A stretch of DNA of 64,000 bases from Geosiphon pyriformis uo1 (lineage: Eukaryota > Fungi > Glomeromycota). The stretch is from assembly GCA_016748015.1 (NCBI GenBank), contig JAAOMT010000665.1:62001-126000 (forward strand). Reading direction: 5' to 3'. The position numbers and the translations under genes are program-made. The notes beneath the pieces were generated by a model. The model was not told where the DNA came from and searched no databases. It saw only the letters and a list, made by a program, of their open reading frames with translations. Shown in pieces: positions 1 through 12,482 of this stretch. Within the stretch, counting starts at the first letter, position 1. Each line of letters opens with the position of its first letter.

Positions 1-3000
1 AAACAACATTCACAACACAAAATGACAATTATGAGTTCAATATAATGCCATTTGGATTAACAAATGCTCCCGCAACATTCCAAAAACTAATGGACATAAT
101 TTACTCTAAAATCCTGTAGCAATCCATTGTTGTCTACTTGGATGATACAAATGTTTTCTTATCAAAATTCATAGATCATCTCCAACATTTACAACAAATT
201 TTTGAGAGATTGAGACACATTGGACTTAAACTAAATCTAGAAAAATGTTTCTTTGAGAAAAATGAGCTAGCATTTTTAGAACACGTAGTTGGAAAAGATA
301 AAATAAAACCAGATCCATCAAAAATAGACAAAGTGAAAAATTTTCTGGTACCTCGAAACGTTTCAGAAGTTAGAAGTTTTTTAGAACTTGCATCTTACTA
401 CTGCCATTTTGTAGAAAACTTTTCAAACATTGCCAAACCCTTTAATTATCTACTATCTAAAAATGTGAAGTTTGAATGGACTAAAGCACAATAAAAAGCT
501 TTCAAGTACTTTAGACAAAAGCTCATTGAATCACCAATAATGATTTATCCGAATTTCAACAAGAAATTCATTTTGGCCACAAATGTCTCTGGAACTAGAC
601 TTAGAGCCATTCTGTCACAAAAAAATGATAATAGAAGAGAACATGTAATCGCTTATGCCAATAGAAGTCTCAGTATGGCAGAGCAAAACTATGCAGCACA
701 CAAACTTGAATGCTTAGCAGTAGTCTGGAGTTGTGTTCACTTTGACACATATTTATGGTACCAACTCTTTGAGATTACCACAGATCATAGAGGTCTGGTC
801 TGGTTAAATAACAAAAAAGCACTAAAAAGAAAATATGCCAGATGGTCACAAATGTTAGCACCATATGATTATATTATCAAATACAAAGAAAGTACCAAAA
901 ATGCTAATGCTAACTGTTTGTCAAGAATGAAACACACATAAAAATCACCAACCCACCCACCACAACAACAATGAACAACCACCTTTACAAAAACCTCAGC
1001 CAATACTTGAAAACACTACAAATAGACAAAGAAATACCAGTAAAAGAGCTAATTAAGCTCCAAAAATTAGCAAAACACTATTTCATCCAAAATCACATAC
1101 TTTATTACTGGAATCAACAAAATCCAGATAATTTATTAAGAGTTATAACCACGAATGAAAAAGAAACTATTTTATTTAACATGCACTCAGATATTCATTC
1201 AGGCCACTTTGGAAAAACAGCAACCATCTAATGTGCAACTAGCCATTACTATTGGCCAAAAATGAGTTCAGACATAATCCAATACATAAGAAATTGTAAC
1301 CCATGCCAATGAAGAGGAGGAGCAAAAACAACAGAATTATTAAGACCAATAAAAGTTGAACAGCCATTTGACAGAATTGGAATTGATTTAGTTGGACCCT
1401 TACCAATAACAACAAGAAACAACTATTATATTGCAGTAGCCATAGACTATCTTACCAAATAGCCAGAAGCTAGAGCTATTAAAACAGCTGATGCTATTTC
1501 TGTAGCTCAATTCATACATGAAGACTTAATTTGCTGGCATGGATGTCCACAAAAATTGTTATCAGATCAAAACACACACTTCATAAACAGCACCTTAAAA
1601 GAACTTAGCCAAAAATTTGGAATTAAGTGACCACTGTCATCACCATACCACTCTCAAACAAATAGATTAGTTGAAAAATTTAATCATACATTATGTAAAT
1701 CACTGGCAAAAATTAGTAATGAACATAAAAAAGAATAGGATTTGTTCATATCAGCAGTACTACTAGCATATAGAACAGTAAAACAAGATACTACACAATT
1801 CACACCATTTGAACTAGTTTATAAAAGAAAAGCCACATTACCAGTTGAACTTACTATTCCAACTTATCCAAGTGACACTATCACGGAAGCAACATTCTAG
1901 GAAACACTACTTAGAAGAACATATGAATTAATGGGAACTTTAGAAAACAAAAGAAGAAAAACAGCACAAAATATTGAACAATCACAAGAACAACAAAAAG
2001 TGAGATATGATAACTAGTTACCAGATAATATAATTAGCTACAAAATTGGAGATAAAGTATTGTTGCATCGTACAAAAATGGAAAAACAATGGAGTGGAAA
2101 ATTTGATCACAAGTGGGATGAACCATTTTATATTCACAAAATACTTGAAAATAGAGCATACAAGCTAAAACTAGATGATAAAATATTAAGAAAAGCAGCA
2201 CATAATAACCAGCTGAAATTCTATTACAGTAAACCAGTAATAACAACAAAGACATCCAGAATTAGAACACAATTATCTTTAATTCTACCAAAACAAATTC
2301 CATGAGATTTAGAACCAATAGTTTTAATTGAACATTATTCAAAAAGATAATTAATCTTAGATCATAGCAAAAATGATTTAACAACCATAAAAATGCATGC
2401 AAAAAATTCCAAAATAGCAGTCAAAATTAAAACAATAATACTTATTCCAGAAAACATCAACAATATAACTCAACAATTAGTTGAAAGCTTACAACAATTG
2501 AAATCCGATCTGGAAATCACAGTTAATAGCTCCAAAATAACATACATAAAAAAAAAACAATAAAAAATCCAAAAACAAGAAAAAAACATAATTTTGAACC
2601 ATATAATATTACCAAACATAACAACAAATTTATCAGCAAAATTATTGAAAAATTAGAGATAACATTGGGCAATACATTAATAATAAAAGAAATAGAAATA
2701 AGTGAATTAACACCAGACATATTTAGCAACTTGAAAACGAAATTTCCAATTAACTACTATTATTATCAACTAGGAAAGCACTTGAACATACAAACATTAT
2801 ATTCAAAAGACTCAACTAGAGTGTTTGACAAAACAACTATCCAACTATTAGAACCTTTCATTGGAAAAACCAATACTACATTCCATTCAAAAACAGTTTA
2901 CAGAATTTTCAAAGCATTTGAAAACTGTCACAAACTATTATTGAACCCAACCATGAATATAATAACAACCAACAGTATTAGACAACTTACCAACTTGCAA

Positions 3001-3118
3001 TTTTAAGAATTACAACAACAAATTAATAACACAGTATTGAACCACTATAGTAACTTAGAATTTAATGAAGAAATTAACTTTGATTTTGACAAAGCTCAAT
3101 CTTAAAAGGAGAGGATAA

Positions 3119-3992
3119 TGTTATGGTTTAAAAATTTAGCAAAAGAATTATAAAAATAATATAAACTATTCAATCATAATATAGTGTAGTAATAATCTTA
3201 GAAAGATAATGATTAACATAGTAGCAAACACCATCTCGTGATAGTGGCAAGCACCAGTTCACAATAGTAGCCAACACCAACTGGTGATAGCAGCAAACAC
3301 CAGGTTGAAATATCAAAAAGAAAGTATTACAATGTGTTTTCTTATAGAACTACAAACATGTATATATACAGTAGCTTTAATATTGAAAAAAGAGAATCAA
3401 GTAATAAAAATCATAACTTATCAAGCAATAGATCTAATTTTATCCAACAAACTCCACTTTAAATCATACTTTTAAATTAAATATTCTAAGAAACCTTTAA
3501 ATCAAAAAAAAATGAAAAAGAATATTTAAAACTGAATTATTACAACCCAAAGTATTAAGAAACTTACTTGTATTATTTATTGAATGAAACTATCATTTAT
3601 CAGCTGAATCTCTTGGAAGAATAATCCTTGATCAAAATTATTCACGTTGTTACTAATTGATAAAAACTTTATTGTAAGAATTAAGAAAAGCACTAAAGAC
3701 CATTAACATTCTGTGTTTTTAGATTAGAGAAACACATCAGGCAATTGCAAGAATAGCCTCAGAGAAGACCCCAAACAGTGGATAAATTTCAGTTCAGCCT
3801 CTGAGAAGGAGTACATAAACACACACAACAATCAAGAATCGAGGAATAACTTACATCGTGATATTAAAAAGAAAGCCTTCAGTATAACAGTGACATTATC
3901 ACACAAATAGAATTGAGAAACTCACGAAAGACTAATTGCAATTAAAACAGGATATCGGCAATTAAATATAACAAGAAAACCATCCCGTAACA
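3119..3992 (+). repeat. 3' LTR of element A
   Basis: Starts TGTTATGG right after the PPT and ends CCGTAACA (terminal inverted repeat). Integrase sequence of element B resumes at 3993. Confidence 0.85.
3218..3309 (+). repeat. 4 x 23-bp tandem repeat in U3 of LTR A
   Basis: Units start at 3218, 3241, 3264 and 3287, with a core close to ATAGTRGCAAACACCA. Confidence 0.85.
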
Positions 3993-6122
3993 GTGTTATT
4001 TGCTTATTGAACAATGAAACAAGACACTATACAAACAACTTTATTCGAATTAATATATGATAGAACAACAACATTACCAGTTGAGATAGAAGTTAAGACA
4101 TATCCAACAGAACCAATAACAGAAGAGAATTTTCAAAAAACATTATTGAAAAAAACATATAACTTAATGGAGACACTAGAAAACACACAGAGAAAAACAG
4201 CTGATAACATTCAAAAGTCACAAGAAAAACAAAAAGAAAAACATGATAACCAACTACCAGAGAAACCAGTTGAATTCAAGATTAGAGACAAAGTACTTCT
4301 ATATTGTACTAAAGTAGAAAAACAATGGAGTAGAAAATTTGACCCCAAATAGAATGGACCATTTCACATAAAAGAAATTCTTGGAAATAGAGCTTATAAA
4401 TTAAGATTGAACAACAAAATTTTAACCAAAGCAGCACATAGTAATTGACTAAAACAATATCACCAGCTAGCATCATCATTTACCAGTAATATTTCACATT
4501 TAGAAGTACAAAGAATACTAGTCAAACCAGATGAGATTCCATGAGATCTAAAACCAATTATAATCATTAAACCAAACACATAAAATTGAACAACCAAAAG
4601 AATATATAAAGACACAATATATGTGACAAAAGACAGCAGAAAATGGAAATTACTAACAGCATTTACTCACTAGCACAACAACTTTTTCAACTAATCCAAC
4701 AACAAGAAATGAAAATTACAATTAACCAACAAACTATTAGATACACAAACACCAGAAAAAGACCATGAGATAAAATAAAAAGAGATACAGAAAATACTAT
4801 GGACAAAATAATCACAAAAGTAAAATTGGCAATAGAAACACAATTAAAAGTCACCCAATATCAAAAGTTGACTATAGAAACTTGGAATTAGTAGATACAA
4901 CAATTTTCAAAAAACTTTTATTACTTTTATTTGGGACAACACTTGAATATTTAGGGCTTGTATACAGATAAAACGAAACAATTATTTGACACAGCAATAC
5001 TACAACAATTGGAACAATTTGTGGAGAAGAACAATTTGTCCACACAAGCAAGAGCTATTTACTGGCTACATATTGGATTCCAAGATCGACCAGAAATTTT
5101 ACTCAATCCAGAAATAAATTCCATTACTATTAACCAAATGGGAAAAATAACCAATGCTCAATTTGAAAAATTACAAAACAAGATAGCATAAATAATTCTT
5201 GAAAAAGAAATTCAAAAAATACTCAAAGATAAAGAATTAAAATTAGGAGATTTTGATGAAGCTCAATATTAAAAAAGAGAGAATAATATTACTCATAGAA
5301 TATAAAAAGTATATTAGCATATAAATTAGCCAATCAGAAACAACCATAGTAAATGTGGAATTTTAGGATTCTTCTTAGAGGAATTGCAGAATTCCAAGAA
5401 TTTCAGAATTCTCATACAAGGAATCACAAAATTCCAGAATTTTAGGATTCCTTTCAAAGAAATTGTAGAATTCCTGGTGTGAAGAATTGAGGAATTGGAG
5501 AATCTCAATTATGTATATATAGCAGTAGTGTTAGGAGTAGAAAAGAGAGAATTTTTTAGTTAGAAATCTCACAGTTTGAATTTGATCTAAAACAACCTTC
5601 CACTTCACTAATATCAAATAAATAATTATTTCACTATCTTAATTCATTCTTACTATCAACATGAAGTGTTGATAGTAATTAATACTTAACACTACTAGAA
5701 CAATAGCTCTTGATCATAACTATTAACAGAATACTAATGCGCAAATTGCCTTGGCTTATTTCTTTTGTTTTTTTTATTTTTTTTTATTTTTCTCATTATT
5801 TCTTTGAATTTACTAATTGATTGAGGATTAAGCACTGAATTATTGACATCAAAAATTGCCTGGTAAAAGACCTTTGTAAATAGATAGAGCATGTAAAGAA
5901 ATTATGGATTACTTACCAAAAAAGTACCAGTTATTAAGCTGAAAAAAGAAATTGACAGAATTGTGATTCTGAGAAGCTATGAATAAACAACTATTAAATC
6001 TCTATCCATTATACAAAAGACTCAACCCAAAATCTTCAGATTACTATTACTGTGAATAGCTTCTGAGCACTAAGTTATGGGTTTGTTATTTAACTTGAGA
6101 CCCCAAATAATCACTTATAACA
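3993..6122 (+). mobile_element. Ty3/gypsy element B, 3' end (integrase C-terminus, ORF3, PPT, 3' LTR 5287-6122)
   Basis: VLFAY*TMKQDT...KQWSRKFDPK integrase tail. PPT AAAAAAGAGAGAATAA. LTR T(G>A)TTACTCATAG...TATAACA is homologous to the LTRs at 45228 and 54506. Confidence 0.9.
4643..5272 (+). pseudogene. ORF3 of element B (209 codons, unknown function, env position)
   Basis: ATG 4643 to TAA 5272 in one frame with a few internal stops, mostly transition-type. Homologues in A (~2393-3105), C (~10284-10938) and D (46107-46736). Confidence 0.75.
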
Positions 6123-9100
6123 CCAGCAAAATATTAATAATTAAAAATAATCCACCAAAATCTGTCAAAACCATTCTTATTCCCAACTCAAACATATTTA
6201 TTGATATCTTGAACAATCCAGAACACTTCCATAAACATTACCAAAATCTAGCACCTACTAAAAAAAAGCAAAAGCAATATTTAGAACAGTTAAATGCAAA
6301 ATTGTGTAAACATTGTCTAATTTTTAGTGACTTTAATTATTGTAATTATTGTGATTTCATTTATAATTTACCACCATATATAATTTATTCAATTTCAGAA
6401 GAAAAAAAACCAATTAGCAAGTGTGCATTAGAATCAAAATCAAAATTTAATTCCAATTCAGACTCCAATAATAATGACAACAATAATTCTAATTCTGTTT
6501 AATATGGCAACAACAATAACAATTCAAACTTTAATTTAAAAACTAAACAATATATTGTACTTCCAGATTTGTTAATAGACCAAGAATTAAGATGATTCAA
6601 TGATAATAATGAAAGTATTATACCAAAATGTGCACATAATATTAATGCAGGATTTGATCTAAGATATTCAAAAAAATATGCCATAATATTGAAGCCTAAT
6701 ATGTGCACTTGTATTGATTTGAAAATAGCACTGGAAATTCTAGCAACAACAATAATTCAGTTAACATCTAAATCAAGCTTAGTAAAAAAAGAGATTAATA
6801 TTAGAGAAAGAATAATTAATACAGAATATGTAGAAAATATTATTGTAATACTACAAAATAATTCAAAAAAAAAATACATAATTAAACCAAATGAAAAGAT
6901 AGCACAGACAATATTTCTACCTCTAATAAAAATAGCTCAATTAGTGTTAGTAAAAACAAAAAAAGAATTAGAAATTACAGCCAGAGAGAAAAATGGATTC
7001 AAATTCACAAATAAAATAAATATACCAGTCAATATGGCAGAGAAAAAAACAATTGATAAGAGAGAAATTATCTCCACCTATCAATCAGTTTTCATTTTAT
7101 TATATAATCAATATATATTAGTAATAGAAAGAAAAATAAAATACCAGCTTCAGATTTTTGAAGCAAAACCAACTATTTGTAAATCAGAAAAGATTAGAAT
7201 TACTAATCTTTACATACTAGCCAAAAACTGTAAGCACATCAAAATTTCTATCTATAATATAACTAAAAACACTATCAAAATACCAAGTGGAATCATCATC
7301 AAATATTTAAGCACTGAAATTAAAAACCAACTACCAAACACCATTTCAGATTTTCTATAGCTTTGTGGATATGTGGATATCACATCACAAACAATATACA
7401 AACAAGAAGAATGTTATTTGCTTTAACCAGAATAATTGGACCAAATAAATTTGGAAAACTTAGACCAACTTTAATATATACAGCTTAAAATATTACTCAA
7501 CAATTTTACTACCATCTTTGCCAGTGAAAACAAATTTGGCAGAACTGACATTATTCAGCATCAAATCAAAACTGAAGATACTATGCCAATCAAACAACAA
7601 ACATACTAAGTACCAACAACAAGCCATAAAATCATATAACAAGAAATTAACAAAATTTTGAACAATGGGTTAATTCAATCATCAATAAGTCTATAATTAC
7701 TACCAGTAATACTAGTCCAAAAGAAAAATAGAAAAATCTGCTTTTGTGTAGATTACAAAAAACTCAATAGTGTTACTTATGAAGACAGCTATTCAACTTC
7801 AGAAATCCAAGAACTATTTAATGTATTTAGAGGAAAAAAATGGTTTTCAACATTAGATTTACACAATAGTTATTGACAAGTAGCCATGAATCCAGCTAAC
7901 AAAGAGAAGATAGTATTCACAACCAAAAAAGAAAACTTTGAATTCAATATTATGCTATTTAGCTTAATGAATGCTTTAGTTACCTTTTAACAACTATGGA
8001 AATTGTTTATATAGAATTACTATGAAAATCAGTTGTAGTCTATTTGGATAATATCAATATGTTTTCCAAAACATTTGACAATTATCTTTACTATTTGCAA
8101 CAAGTGTTTAAAAGACTAAGAAGAGCTGAATTAAAGTTAAATGCTATAAAGTGTTTTTTTGGCAAAACAGAACTGAAATTTTTAAGACATGTTATAAGCA
8201 AAGACAACATTAAAACAGATTCAAATAAGATTGAGATTGTCAAGAACTTTTCAGTACCAACAAATCTCACAGAATTAAGAACATTCTTGAAATTTGCTAA
8301 ATACTATTACTATTTTATCCAAAACTTCTTCAAACTGGCTCAACCACTTTACCAGCTCTAAGCAAAGAATATAAAATATGAATAGACTGAAATCCAACAA
8401 GAAGCTTTTGACATATTAAGAAAAAAACTTATTCAAGCACCAGTACTAATTTATTCAGATTACAACAAACCATTTATCATTATCACTAATGCATCTGGTT
8501 AAGCATTGAGAACAGTATTGTTACAAAAAGAACCAAATGGTAAAAAACACTCAGTAATATATGTTAGCCAAAGCTTAAGCCCAGCTGAAAATAACCAGTA
8601 CTAAAACATTTGGCTATTTATTGGGCTGTTATTAAATGGAAAGAATATTTGAATCAAAAGTTTGATGTATACACTGATTATAAAAGATTGACATCAATCC
8701 AGAAGCAAGAATTTGGAAATGATTGTTATACAAGATAAAAAATAGAACTATTACTATTTAATTATATATTATATTATAAAAAAGGAAAAAAAAACAGAAA
8801 TGTCAATAGTTTGTCATAAATGAAACAAATCTAAAAACATTTTAACCCAAAAATATAACAAAAAATGAATACACAAAAATATTAACAACTTCAACATTAT
8901 ATTAATATTTAATAGTTCAAAGAGAAATTATCTCAAAAAAAACAAAACAACATAAAACAACAAGCAAAATATTTTATTATTTACCAAGATATATTATATT
9001 AAAAAAACAAAAAATATTCAGATCAGCCACTCAGAGTAATTATAAAACCAAAGAAAAAAACAATACTATTCAATATGTATTCAAATTCAATGGCAGAATA

Positions 9101-11888
9101 TTTTTATAAAGAAGCAATCATAAAAAGAACCAAAAAAAAGTACTATTGGTCATTTATGTATCCAAACATTATTTAATATGTTTAAAATTGTGATGCTTGT
9201 CAGAAAAAAGAAGAAACAAGACCTAATAAACCACTAAGATTAATTAAAATAAGACAACTATTTGATCAAATTAGAATTGACTTAGTTAGATTATTAACAA
9301 TAATCAGCAGAAACAATTATTATATAGCAGTAGTTATGAACTATCTTACTAAATGGCCAGAAGCAAAAGCAATTCAAAAAGCAAATGCAGAATTAGTAGC
9401 AGAATTTATCTACCAAGATTTGATTTGTTAACATGAATGTCCAAAAAAATTATTATCAGATTAAAAAACTCATTTTGTAAACAGAACATTAACAGAATTA
9501 AGTCAAAAATTTGGAATCAAAAGACCATTATTATTATTATATTATCTATAAACAAATAGTTTAGTAGAAAAGTTCAACAGAATATTGTGTAAAGTAATAG
9601 TGAAAATTAGCCAAAAAACCAAAACAAATAAGATTTATTCATACCATTAGTATTATTTGCTTATCAAACAATAAAGCAAAATACCATACAAGCAACATCA
9701 TTTGAACTTGTTTATAGTAAAACAACAATATTATTAGTAGAGATAAATCTCAAAACATATCCAATAAAACCAATAACAGAAGCTAATTTACAAAAAATAT
9801 TGTTAAGAAGAACATATAAGTTAATAAAAACTTTGAAAAACAAAAGATAAAAAGCAGCTGACAATATTTAAAAGTCACAAAAAAAATGACATAATAACTA
9901 ATTACCAAATAAACCAGTTGAATTCAGGATTAGAAACAAAGTACTTTTATATTATACCAAAGCAAAAAAACAATGGAGTAGAAAATTTGATCTCAAATAG
10001 AACAAACTATTTTATATTAATAAAATTTTAGGAAATAAAGCTTATAAACTAAAATAAAACAACAAAATTTTAGTTAAAGCAACATATAAAAATCAATTAA
10101 AACTATATTATAATATAGTATTATTATCTATTAATAATATTTCACAACTAAAAATACAAAAAATACTAATTAAACCAGATAAAATTCTATAAGATCTAGA
10201 ACCAATTATCATTATTAAAGCAAACATATCAAATTAATCTATCAAAATAATATATAAAGAACCAGTATACACAACAAAAAAAAATAGAAATCACTGATAA
10301 CATTTATTTACTTACACAACAATTATTACAATTAATTTAACAATAAAAATCAAGTCTGGAAATTACTATTAATAAAAACATAATACAATACAAAAACAAA
10401 GAGATACTATGAAAAAACCAAACCAAAAAATAATATTCTAAATATTACATGTTTAAAAATATTGTAGATAAAATAATGAAAAAGATAGAAAAGACATTAA
10501 AAGATCTAAAAATATTAATATCAGAAGAAAAATTAATCTTAGAAAATTAGAACTAATAGATACAATAAAATCCAAAGAACTTTTGTTACTATCAATTAGG
10601 ACAAGAGTTAAATATTAAAAATTTGTACACTAACAAAACAAAAAAAAAATTGATCTGACCCAACTACAACAAATTAAACAAATTGTCAGAAAAAACAATT
10701 TATTTACATATACAAAAGCCATTTATTAACTATAAATAGGATTTTAAAACAGATTAAAAATACTACTATACCCAATAATAAATACTATAATTATTAATTA
10801 GTTGGGAAATTAACCAATACTTAATTTAATAAATTGCAAACAAAAATTGCAAAAGCAATTTTGAAGAAGAAAGTTATGGAATTAATCAACAAAGAAAATC
10901 TAGAAAGTTTAGAAAATTTTAATGGAGCTCAATATTAAAAAAGAGAAAATAATGTTATTCATAGAAATTAGAAATATTATAAGTAAAAGAAATAGCCAAT
11001 CAGAAGTAGACATAGTAACAGAGGAATTTCAGAATTTCTCTAAAAGAATTACAGGATTTCAAAATCTCAAGATTTCAAGATTTTACTGAAAAAATCATAA
11101 AATTCCAGAAATCTTGTATAACACAAAATATGTATATATAGCAGTAGCATTAGAAATAAAAAAAATATTCAGAATCTAGTTTCAATTTAACATCCTCTTT
11201 TTTATCTATTAATTAACCTTTACTTTATGAATAGTTATTATTAACTAAAGTAAATTCATTAATAACATACCAAATAAAACATACTTATTATCATCCAATC
11301 TATGTTATTATTGTTTAATTGAAAATCTAATCACTTTTCTGTTATCAACACTTCATGTTAATAACATTTAATACTTAACTATATTAGAACAATAGCTCTT
11401 AATCATAGTTATTAATGAAATATTAATTTCTTATTTTTCTTTTCTTATTTTTTTTATTGTTTTTTATTTTTTTTTATTTTTTTGTTGTTTGTTAATTTAC
11501 TAACTGAATAAAGAGATTAAGCACTGAGTAATTAATGTTAAAAATAGTCTGGTAAAAAACCCAGAAATAAGAATATAAAATTTATAAATTAACAAATAGC
11601 TTACCAGAAGGATACAACTGCCAGAATAAACTGGCCATTATATTGAAGAAAAAAATTTGATAGAATACTTATTTCAAAAGACTACTGACATAATTATTGA
11701 ATTTCTGTTTATTATACAAAGAATTCCACCAAAATCCTCAGATATAAAAATCTTTAGATACAAAAACCTTTAAATATAAAAACTTTTAGATACAAAAACC
11801 TTCAGATTTATGAACATCAATCAAGCTATTGAGCATCAAATTATGTATTTGTTATTTGTTTTCATATCCCAAACAATCATTTATAACA
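6123..11888 (+). mobile_element. Ty3/gypsy element C, 3' part (Zn ribbon, dUTPase, RT, RNase H, integrase, ORF3, 3' LTR 10953-11888); heavily eroded
   Basis: Collinear with element D: AGFDLRY, SKSSL and EKIAQ dUTPase motifs, RT, RH and IN remnants. PPT at 10937-10952. LTR TGTTATTCATAG...TATAACA. Confidence 0.9.
11731..11810 (+). repeat. 5 x 16-bp tandem repeat in LTR C
   Basis: Units close to AAAACCTTCAGATACA at 11731, 11747, 11763, 11779 and 11795. Only 1-2 related units in the other LTRs. Confidence 0.8.
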
Positions 11889-12482
11889 CCAGACATCTGT
11901 ATTTTTTAACTTGTAATAAAACAGTATCTTATTCCTAATAAATTCAAAAAAGATTAAAAATAAAAAGTAGAATTCAACAAAATTAGTATTTGTAAAAATA
12001 ATTTTAATTAGAGATTATTTTTCAAAGATATGGAAAGCTTATTTTAGATTTTTAAGTCAACTGTTAATTTTGGCCAAGATATTATTATAAGTAGTTTTTA
12101 GGTAATTTTATGTAGTTAATATTCTTTTAATATGTTTTCAATCTTGTTAAGCTTAGGTTTTATTTATGTTTTTGTTGGTGTATCAGATATTTCTATCATT
12201 GTTTTTATCAATAGAAAAATAATAGCAAAAAGAAAAATAATGGTTTTTTTGGTCATTAGTGAGAAACCAGATTATAAAAAAGGAAGATTTCTAATTCTAC
12301 TGATCTTAATATTAGTAAATATTATAATACAAAGCTTGGAAAACATACTTTTTAGCTTTTTTTGAAATTATAATCTAATTTCTCCATTTTTTTTTGTTTA
12401 TTTTGTCTAATTGATTTTTTTTTGTTTTTTATTATTCTCTCTCTGTTTGTTTCTTTTTCTAGTTAGAAAATTATTGTATATA

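Larger units (their letters stand above)
1..3992 (+). mobile_element. Ty3/gypsy LTR retrotransposon A, 3' half (RT, RNase H, integrase, ORF3, PPT, 3' LTR); degenerate
   Basis: RT motifs [13 protein letters not shown] and YLDD. RNase H 540-941 ends NANANCLSR. Integrase has H-H-C-C and GIDLVGPLP core. PPT AAAAGGAGAGGATAA at 3104-3118, then LTR. Many TAG/TGA/TAA stops from transitions. Confidence 0.93.

Noticed and set aside
3218-3309. Constant/variable repeat array resembling CRISPR
   Set aside because: Variable parts are only 7 nt, the array lies inside a eukaryotic LTR, and there are no cas genes.
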